From positions 20,578-84,577 of the forward strand of contig CAIMPC010000073.1 in NCBI GenBank assembly GCA_903843285.1: a DNA stretch of 64,000 nt. Direction: 5' to 3'. Source of the stretch: Candidatus Omnitrophota bacterium. GTDB taxonomy: Bacteria; Omnitrophota; Gorgyraeia; 2-01-FULL-45-10. A program made the position numbers and the translations under genes. A model generated the notes under the pieces. The model was given only the letters and a program-made list of their open reading frames with translations. It searched no databases and was not told the origin of the DNA. Every line of letters starts with the position of its first letter. Position 1 is the first letter of the stretch. This document shows positions 1 through 7,022 of this stretch, piece after piece.

Positions 1-309
1 GATTATGCCGTTATGCACTACGGCTATCTTGCCGGCGCAGTCACTGTGAGGATGAGCATTGGCATCGCTGGGGACTCCGTGCGTGGCCCATCTCGTATGA
101 CCTATCCCAATGGTGCCTGCAATAGGGTTATCGGATAGCTCGGCGGCCAGGATCTTAAGCTTTCCCTGCTTTTTAATTATTTTTACCTTTTTCCCGCTCA
201 GGATAGCGGCTCCCGCGGAGTCATAACCCCTATATTCCAGACGACCTAAGCCCCTCAGGATCACATCCTGAGCTTTTCTATATCCTATATATCCTACAAT
301 CCCGCACAT
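1..309 (-). CDS. glmS: Glutamine--fructose-6-phosphate aminotransferase, N-terminal part (truncated by window edge)
   Basis: Manual translation from ATG at 309: MCGIVGYIG...[13 protein letters not shown]...[11 protein letters not shown]...NAHPH...VVHNGII, the class II GATase signature. Confidence 0.97.
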   Translation of the reverse strand, partial: MCGIVGYIGYRKAQDVILRGLGRLEYRGYDSAGAAILSGKKVKIIKKQGKLKILAAELSDNPIAGTIGIGHTRWATHGVPSDANAHPHSDCAGKIAVVHNGII

Positions 310-313
310 ATTT

Positions 314-1399
314 CTAAAACCCTCTCTTTTGGTAAACTATTCTACCACGCACTATCGTCACTTTCACATCAAAATTTTTATCAAATATAACGAGGTCTGC
401 GTCTTTTCCTCTGGAGATAGCTCCTTTCCTCGCATCAACGCCCAGAAGCCTTGCCGGATTTATTGTAGCGAAGGCCACGGCGTCTCTTATATCAACTCCG
501 CAGAATCTCACCGCATTTTTTATAGCGTCTATCATGGTTAGATCGGAGCCTGCCATAGTGCCATCTCTTAATCTGTATACGCCTCCTACGGCTTTACGGC
601 CGCGCATCTCGGCTCTGACCGAATCTGTTATCAATATCATGTTATTTTTGCTCTTTATCTTAAGGGCTTTGCACAGTAGTCCGATGGGAACGTGCACCAG
701 ATCAAATATCATCTCCACTTTAACTCGTCCGTCGACCAGGCAGGCATGGACAGCGTTCTCGGGAGTTGGTTCCCGCCGCATCCCGTTAGGAAGATGTGTA
801 GCGTGTGTTATGCCGCATCTTATACCCCTAATGGCTTCTTTGTATCCCGCGTCCGTATGTCCCATAGACGCGATGATGCCGCGTTCGCCCAGTATCTTTA
901 TCAGCCGCTCCGCTCCTTCGAGCTCTGGAGCGATGGTCATGATCTTTAAAATTCCTCGCGCCTCTCCGATTATCTTGCGGAGAGTAGCCTCTGACGGCGA
1001 AACAATGAACCTCTTGTCCTGAGCGCCAGCCCTCCCCTTACTGATAAAAGGCCCTTCGATCCTCGCGCCAAGCACTGAGCTACCCATCGTGCCTGAATGT
1101 TGGTATTTCCTTATAAGATCCAGTGATTTCTTTATACCCTTAGGAGAGGAGCAGGATATGGCGGAAACGATCGCGGTCGTGCCATATCTCATCTGATAGT
1201 TAATAACTTTTTCGGGGTCACCATGTATGTGGGTATCTATAAAACCGGGAGAGATAAAACATTCTTTCGCGTCTATTGCGCCATCGCGGCGGCGCAATGG
1301 TTTCTTATTAAGGCTTTTTATCTTACCCTTTTCGATATTCAGGCAAGCGCCCTTTAGTATCGAATTACGAAGAAGAATGTTTCCATTTATTATTTTCAT
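314..1399 (-). CDS. nagA: N-acetylglucosamine-6-phosphate deacetylase
   Basis: [40 protein letters not shown] and GKDAD amidohydrolase motifs. Confidence 0.9.
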   Translation of the reverse strand: MKIINGNILLRNSILKGACLNIEKGKIKSLNKKPLRRRDGAIDAKECFISPGFIDTHIHGDPEKVINYQMRYGTTAIVSAISCSSPKGIKKSLDLIRKYQHSGTMGSSVLGARIEGPFISKGRAGAQDKRFIVSPSEATLRKIIGEARGILKIMTIAPELEGAERLIKILGERGIIASMGHTDAGYKEAIRGIRCGITHATHLPNGMRREPTPENAVHACLVDGRVKVEMIFDLVHVPIGLLCKALKIKSKNNMILITDSVRAEMRGRKAVGGVYRLRDGTMAGSDLTMIDAIKNAVRFCGVDIRDAVAFATINPARLLGVDARKGAISRGKDADLVIFDKNFDVKVTIVRGRIVYQKRGF

Positions 1400-1573
1400 A
1401 ATTATGTAGCTGGCCGGTCAGTGTGGAAAGCTGTTGCTTGGGACTGCTGCGAGTGGTACGGTGGCGGCCTCACTTCGAATCCCTTGAGTTCTCTGACTAA
1501 AATTGGCCCGCCTTCGCGATCAGTTAGCAAGCTACTTGGTGCTTCGGCCGTCTTACCGTTGATGGCGAAGGCG

Positions 1574-1620
1574 GATGGCGTCCCCATGGGGATTCGAACC
1601 CCAGTCGTCAGAATGAAAAT
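1574..1620 (-). repeat. att site: 47-bp perfect copy of the tRNA-Glu 3' half
   Basis: GATGGCGTCCCCATGGGGATTCGAACCCCAGTCGTCAGAATGAAAAT is identical to 6921-6967. Confidence 0.95.
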
Positions 1621-1691
1621 ATTGTCTCTGTGAACGCTACTTCTAGATTATACTTTATAACTGTAGTATTTGCAAGGCTTTACAGAGCCGC

Positions 1692-3144
1692 TGTCAAGCC
1701 AAAATAGAAATGTCCTATAGTTACCAAAGTAGAAATGTCCTATTTCTATGCTACTGTCAGTAGTAGCCCTTTCTCTTTTGGGGCTACCTTTTCTCTTTGT
1801 TGATACTGTTGATAGTGTGTATTAATCTTAAAGCGCCTCCAGGGATGATCTTTAGGAACCGGCATATATATTCTCTTTGGCTTAAACGCCTTCCTTGGCT
1901 CCTCTTTCTTCGAACGGACGGTTATCTCTATAAACTTCAGCATAGTCTTCTTATGCCAGATGATCATATCCCCATCTATTCTATCCTCAACGATTACTTT
2001 ATCTGTCCTTATATTGTCAAGTATCTGATAGAGCTTACCGTTATGGATAATGGTAAAATCATTCCTTAGAAATCTCTTTGTCTTAATGCAGAGAATTCTA
2101 TCAATATCCATGCCCTTAGACACAGGGCGGTGAAGATCATCTGATTTTAGCGCTTTTACACTAAATCTCTTGGCATAAGCAGGCAAGAAGCGCTCAGCTA
2201 CTTTATTAGCATCTTCTATGGTCCTGGAGTCTTCTAACCTTAGTTCTTTTGTAAGGCGATCTTGGAATGTATTAAATAGCCTCTCTACCCTTCCTTTGGC
2301 CTGTGGCGAATTGGCGTGTATAACATCAACCCCAAGCTCTTTAAGAGCCCTCTCAAATTGGCTTAAAGGCACTATATTATTAAGCTCATCTTCCATAGAA
2401 GGCTTGCCCGTAGACTTATACGTCGAGTGCTTATCCAAATATACGCTTATAGGAATACCATACTTCTTAATGTAGCGCTTGAAGCTGTCCATAGCCGGAA
2501 TAGTACCTTCGTATTTATAGAACCTTCCAAATGGTGTGCCTGTAGCATCGTCTATGTAGCCCATAAAGACGCATTTAGGGCCTCTATCCTCAAGCCATGC
2601 GTGATGAGAACCGTCCATCTGAACCATTTGGCCGAAGTGGTGTTTACGCTCGCGCCATTGACGATGCGGGCGCTTCTTGCGCTTTTTATATGGGATACCC
2701 TCATCTATGAGCCAGAGTCTGAGCGTCTCATCATTTACTTTAAGCTTATCTCTTTCAAAGAGCTTCTCGCTTGCCAATGTCGGACCGAAGTCCGGATATT
2801 TATCCTTAAACAATGATATGATTCTGTCCTTATGCGGCAATATTCTATTGGAAGATCTGCCGCGTAACTTACGGACTATACCTTTGTCACCTTCCTCCCT
2901 CATTACACTTATCTTCCTTCGCACTTGCCGTTCGCTTATATCGATTGATTCAGCAGCTTCCTTCTGCGTAATCACCTTATCGATCGCCTTACGAAGTATA
3001 TGTAAAGCTCTTAATTCCTCCTGCGTAGCCATGATAATGTCCCTTCCTGCCATAATATCCTCCCTTAGAGAAGATCATTATAGCAACTTCAGAATAGGAC
3101 ATTCTTAAATTGGTAGAATAGGACATTATCACTTTGGGATGACA
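1692..3144 (-). mobile_element. Insertion sequence, IS1202-like (ISNCY) family, 1453 bp
   Basis: Ends TGTCA...TGACA with imperfect ~50-bp inverted repeats, each containing two AATGTCCTAT units; single DDE transposase. Confidence 0.85.
1746..3053 (-). CDS. DDE transposase (ISNCY/IS1202-like, rve integrase-core fold)
   Basis: N-terminal HTH, FGPTLASEKL, GQMVQMDGSHHAW, IDDATG, YLDKHS, ANSPQAKGRVERLF.TFQDRL. Confidence 0.92.
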   Translation of the reverse strand: MAGRDIIMATQEELRALHILRKAIDKVITQKEAAESIDISERQVRRKISVMREEGDKGIVRKLRGRSSNRILPHKDRIISLFKDKYPDFGPTLASEKLFERDKLKVNDETLRLWLIDEGIPYKKRKKRPHRQWRERKHHFGQMVQMDGSHHAWLEDRGPKCVFMGYIDDATGTPFGRFYKYEGTIPAMDSFKRYIKKYGIPISVYLDKHSTYKSTGKPSMEDELNNIVPLSQFERALKELGVDVIHANSPQAKGRVERLFNTFQDRLTKELRLEDSRTIEDANKVAERFLPAYAKRFSVKALKSDDLHRPVSKGMDIDRILCIKTKRFLRNDFTIIHNGKLYQILDNIRTDKVIVEDRIDGDMIIWHKKTMLKFIEITVRSKKEEPRKAFKPKRIYMPVPKDHPWRRFKINTHYQQYQQREKVAPKEKGLLLTVA

Positions 3145-3329
3145 TAGTCAATAACAAGATTTTTAATTTATCTACCTTTTTACCTAACATTTTCATATCT
3201 TCAACATTTGAACTTATAAAATAGTCTCTCATACAAACGATTATTTGATTCAGAGCTTTTATGCTCAATCAGTGTAGGTAATCACCGGAATGATACCAAT
3301 AATAATCATCGTGGTTCCTCGTATATAAA

Positions 3330-3914
3330 TCATACCAATAATAGTAGCTTTCTCTTCGCCCGACTTATAAGAGACGCAACCGTGTTAGCCGGAATATCCA
3401 TGATACTGGCTATGTCATCCTGTGTCTTACCGTCATAGACCTTAAGCCTTAATGCCCTTCTCTCCTTAATTCTGAGATTAGCCATCGACTCTTCAAGCCG
3501 TGACACCGCTTCCTTGGTTTCAACCAATTGTGCCGGATCAGGGTGCTTGCACGGGATGACATCCTCTAGGGTAGTAGTGACATCTTCGGATAGCCTATCA
3601 CTTAGAGACATTGTCATCCTGTCTATATTATTCCGCTTCCTACGATAAACTGCCATTTGATTCATCGTCACAATGGCAAGCCAGCCAGTTAAACATGAAA
3701 TATCCCGCAACTGGGCCAGCTTGTTATCTTCCCATAGCATCAAGAATACTTCCTGGGCTATATCATCAACATCGTTTATAGGTGCCCTGTAGCTCGTTTT
3801 ATAGAGCTTATAATAGACGACCTTTCGCACAATGCTTTGATGCTGCCGGATGAACTCGTTCCATGCAACCTTGTCCTTCCTTATGCAACGGCTTACCATT
3901 TCTTCTGTACTCAT
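3330..3914 (-). CDS. ECF-type RNA polymerase sigma-70 factor
   Basis: Region 2 (DDIAQEVFLMLW...GWL) and region 4 (IASIMDIPANTVASLISRAKRKL) only; 194 aa. Confidence 0.9.
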   Translation of the reverse strand: MSTEEMVSRCIRKDKVAWNEFIRQHQSIVRKVVYYKLYKTSYRAPINDVDDIAQEVFLMLWEDNKLAQLRDISCLTGWLAIVTMNQMAVYRRKRNNIDRMTMSLSDRLSEDVTTTLEDVIPCKHPDPAQLVETKEAVSRLEESMANLRIKERRALRLKVYDGKTQDDIASIMDIPANTVASLISRAKRKLLLLV

Positions 3915-3940
3915 ACTGGTCCCCTTTCTGGTCGGACAAT

Positions 3941-3986
3941 AAAAAAGCGAACGCTTATCTATTAGATTTAATAGAAGAGCCTTCGC
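3941..3986 (-). terminator. Intrinsic terminator-like hairpin in the ECF sigma 5' leader
   Basis: Minus strand GCGAAGGCUCUUCUAUUA-AAUC-UAAUAGAUAAGCGUUCGC followed by UUUUUU, ~26 nt before the ATG. Confidence 0.7.
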
Positions 3987-4226
3987 TATTTACTGTGACC
4001 TATTTAAACTATTTTAGTAACTTGGCACAAAAAGCCCCGTCAACCTTTCGATCGCCGGGGAATGGGTGGGGCACGAAATGAAGATCTATTTCAGATTATA
4101 ATGTCTCTCGGGTGTCGCGGGAATTTTTGCTGGAAAAATTGGTGCCTGATCTTGCTTGCTCACTGATAGGGTGTACCCGAATAGGACGTCTGCTATTAGC
4201 TCAATATCCATATCACTCGATCTTAT

Positions 4227-4523
4227 TCATACGGCGTTCTCGTTAAACAATTTCCGCACATTTTTTTTATGGGTTTCATATAATTCTAAGTCGTTATTTT
4301 CTCTTGCTTTGATTGCTTTCGATTCTTCCTCAATAATTGCATTCTTTATTTCATCTGGCAAAGCGTTCATTTTTTTCCAAAAGATTGATTCGTCTTGGAT
4401 TCTTTTTAGGCTATCTGCTCGTTCTTTTTTGTTATGTGTGCAGGCAAACGATATAGCTGAGATAATAGCTAGCCATTTAAAAAATGAATATTTAATTTTG
4501 GTATAAATATTGTCTTGTTTCAT
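4227..4523 (-). CDS. Hypothetical protein with N-terminal hydrophobic/signal segment (possibly truncated)
   Basis: AAGGAG RBS; hydrophobic FFKWLAIISAISFAC; the frame stays open after its TGA. Confidence 0.55.
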   Translation of the reverse strand: MKQDNIYTKIKYSFFKWLAIISAISFACTHNKKERADSLKRIQDESIFWKKMNALPDEIKNAIIEEESKAIKARENNDLELYETHKKNVRKLFNENAV

Positions 4524-4619
4524 AAGACTCCTTTATTTAATCAACTCTGTTGGACCACACAGCACAGTATTATAAATATCTTTTTCATCACTCGCTATTT
4601 TGGTAAATTTTTCTGAAAT

Positions 4620-4940
4620 CTAAAACTTATTAAAAGCTATGATTGCCCAAGTAATGATACTGCCTATTATAAGTATTCTTATAAAAGTTGAGTTTAGAAA
4701 ATACCCTAGTATATCTAATTTTAATCCAACTCTATCTTTAAGTGGCTTCGATTTCGTGTGGCATTTATAACATACATAATTAGAATGCTCATTTGGATAA
4801 TTGTATATATCGAGCGAGGATATGGAAATTTGTTTTCCGCATTTTGAGCAAGGCCATAGGCGAACATTATGACAATAATAACATGTGGTGTCCTCTAAAA
4901 TTGATGCTACTTTTTCGCAATATGGACATTGTGACGCCAT
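4620..4940 (-). CDS. Cys-rich (zinc-ribbon-like) protein with C-terminal TM helix
   Basis: Four CxxC pairs (CPYC, CYYC, CSKC, CYKC); C-terminal hydrophobic stretch; GGAGG RBS. Confidence 0.7.
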   Translation of the reverse strand: MASQCPYCEKVASILEDTTCYYCHNVRLWPCSKCGKQISISSLDIYNYPNEHSNYVCYKCHTKSKPLKDRVGLKLDILGYFLNSTFIRILIIGSIITWAIIAFNKF

Positions 4941-4990
4941 GCCACACCTCCGTTATTTCATCTTTAATATGCGCACTAGTAATCTTCTCG

Positions 4991-5314
4991 CTATTGTGAG
5001 CGTACAAATGCAATAAACGCCGCTAATAAACATATGCCATATACGATTAGATATGTTTTAAAAATCTGTAGCCAGTTCAAAGACTGCTTCTTCACCACTG
5101 TAAAGTTAAAGCTATAAGAAATTGGGAGGTTTTCGGCATTGCGCACATACCAAATCGGTTGTTTTATCCTATAAGATTTAAGCGGTATAATTGGAAGCCA
5201 AAAGATAGAAATCCATAATGTAGTATCAAGCTCCTCCGCTTCATTTTCTTTGTCTTCTACATAATTAGACTTTCCAAAATGTCTAGTTCCACAGCCATTT
5301 GTGCTACTCGGCAC
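4991..5314 (-). CDS. Hypothetical small membrane protein
   Basis: GTG start with GGAGG RBS; NGCGT...WISIFWLPIIPLKSYRI segment; C-terminal TM. Confidence 0.7.
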   Translation of the reverse strand: MPSSTNGCGTRHFGKSNYVEDKENEAEELDTTLWISIFWLPIIPLKSYRIKQPIWYVRNAENLPISYSFNFTVVKKQSLNWLQIFKTYLIVYGICLLAAFIAFVRSQ

Positions 5315-5355
5315 ATTAAACCTCCATTATTTTATCAGCTCTGTTATTGTAGTAT

Positions 5356-5726
5356 TTAACGTCTGGGGATTCCATACATCGCATATACTTTTCCAAGAAA
5401 ACTGCGCTGTGCAATATAGGCAATATTTCCTACGATTATAAATAAGCCGCCAATCCACGCACAGATTGTTCCGATGATATTACAAACCCTTGCTGCAGAC
5501 AATGCGCTACTTTTTCCCATGCTACTCTCTTTAATCCGCCTGAGATAAGTATAGACCAAGTTTTATTTGGAAAAGTAATCTGAAAGCCTAATGTTTTGTC
5601 ATAATATCCTTTTGCATTTTTACATTTTTCCACCATAGAATAAATAAGTGCCCCTAACAAAAATAATATAAAAAAAGTCCAGTTATTCTCATTTTTTGTT
5701 ATCCTGCTTAACAATATTTTATTCAA
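5356..5726 (-). pseudogene. Overlapping membrane-protein fragments in two frames (decayed or chimeric gene)
   Basis: ORFs 5436-5726 and 5356-5559 overlap; each has TM-like segments. Confidence 0.4.
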
Positions 5727-5822
5727 TCTCTATCTTTTAAAAGCAAGTATATAGTTACCGGCATGAAGGCATTGCTCATTATCCTATCGGTCTCTTTACC
5801 GCATAGGGATAAAGTTAAGATT

Positions 5823-6743
5823 TTATTCGAGCTTCTTAAAAGAAATATAAAAATTCATTTCTTCGCTCGGATTAACCGGGGAAAGAACCACTAATCGCAA
5901 ATTTCCTTCCCGATCAATGTCAGCATGCCCTGCTGCTTTATCGCGTAAAAAAGAAGTTTGTCGATATTTACTAGTGTCCAAGAAAAACTGCGATGTCAAT
6001 ACCGCGCACTTAGAGACAAAGCCTTTCTCCTCGTAAATCAGACTGCTAATCACGAACTGATAATTATTCTTGCAGCTTAACCCTAATATTATTTCTTCCT
6101 TATCGGTCCTATACCAATGTGCGGATATGTCTAACCTCAGTCCCTTCTCGAAATACCTCTTATAAATGACATCAATTGTTGTCTCTTGTATAAGTAGTGA
6201 GCTCAGGCGCTTGATGTCAATAAACATTTTTTTATTTATTACTCTAACATCTCTGATAAATGGATTTGTTTCGTAATTATTAAACTCTTCATTAGATGCC
6301 ACAGGAAACAATTCAACATTTTCCTTCAAGGGCGTAGTTACAAAAGAGACTATGGGAACTAGTGGGAATTTGATTTTGTATTCCGCTTCTTGTGTCAGCC
6401 AAAAACTACCTTTGTTCCCAAATATGTTACTGCTCTTTATGATCACGCTAGATATAACCGGTGACACAAGTGGCGTTACTGAGTTATTAACCCATATTGA
6501 TGAAAGCGTAGTAACGATTACAACTAAAATCGGTGATATTTTTTCTTTCTTAAACGACCATTGGTATGTTAAGATGTTTAAAAATATAAGCACCCATACG
6601 GTCCAACATAAGCCTATCCATTCCGGAATTATTCTTTTAGACAATAGCGCAGATAGTATTGCCGCTGCAATAGCTATTATGATCCAATAACATATTCTTA
6701 TCGTTTTCATGTGCCTGCCTAATATTCTCAATACCCGAATCAT
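5823..6743 (-). CDS. Hypothetical membrane protein (3 N-terminal TM segments plus soluble domain)
   Basis: 306-aa AT-rich ORF with hydrophobic N-terminus; no family recognised. Confidence 0.7.
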   Translation of the reverse strand: MIRVLRILGRHMKTIRICYWIIIAIAAAILSALLSKRIIPEWIGLCWTVWVLIFLNILTYQWSFKKEKISPILVVIVTTLSSIWVNNSVTPLVSPVISSVIIKSSNIFGNKGSFWLTQEAEYKIKFPLVPIVSFVTTPLKENVELFPVASNEEFNNYETNPFIRDVRVINKKMFIDIKRLSSLLIQETTIDVIYKRYFEKGLRLDISAHWYRTDKEEIILGLSCKNNYQFVISSLIYEEKGFVSKCAVLTSQFFLDTSKYRQTSFLRDKAAGHADIDREGNLRLVVLSPVNPSEEMNFYISFKKLE

Positions 6744-6922
6744 GATTTAACAAAAAAGCAACCCTTTGGAGGTTGCCAAGCGTTCAATCCATTTTGATTG
6801 TATTTATCAATCATCCTCCGGGGACCGTACGGGGACTATAATACCATAAAATACCACTAAATCCCATTATTTGCCATTAACACGAGTTTAGCTCTAACTA
6901 CTTGCTACTGCTACTTTTAAGA

Positions 6923-7000
6923 TGGCGTCCCCATGGGGATTCGAACCCCAGTCGTCAGAATGAAAATCTGATGTCCTAGGCCAGACTAGACGATGGGGAC
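6923..7000 (-). tRNA. tRNA-Glu (anticodon UUC)
   Basis: Cloverleaf GTCCCCA...TCAGA-TTTTCAT-TCTGA...GGTTCGAATCC...TGGGGACG-CCA. Confidence 0.97.
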
Positions 7001-7022
7001 GCTATATTTAAAAATATTGTGC

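Larger units (their letters stand above)
1574..6967. mobile_element. Genomic island integrated at tRNA-Glu (no integrase visible)
   Basis: Flanked by 47-bp direct repeats of the tRNA 3' end; AT-rich; contains an IS and hypothetical genes. Confidence 0.88.

Noticed and set aside
1400-1573. glmS ribozyme upstream of nagA-glmS
   Set aside because: The core AGCGCC...GACGAGG elements are absent; the region contains only REP-like CCGCCTTCG hairpins.
1574-1620. Second tRNA-Glu gene
   Set aside because: Only the 3' half is present; the D-arm and 5' acceptor strand are missing.
1402-1633. ORFs 1402-1587 (-) and 1421-1633 (+)
   Set aside because: They overlap the att/tRNA fragment and palindromic repeats and show no protein-like features.
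1621-1691. XerC/D (dif-like) target beside the IS
   Set aside because: No TTATGTTAAAT-like XerD arm is recognisable on either flank.
4021-4075. Canonical c-di-GMP-I riboswitch or T-box
   Set aside because: It lacks GGCAAA, the P3 receptor and the T-box UGGnACC motif; kept only as an unknown leader.
4227-6743. Integron cassette array
   Set aside because: No RYYYAAC...GTTRRRY attC hairpins and no integron integrase were seen.
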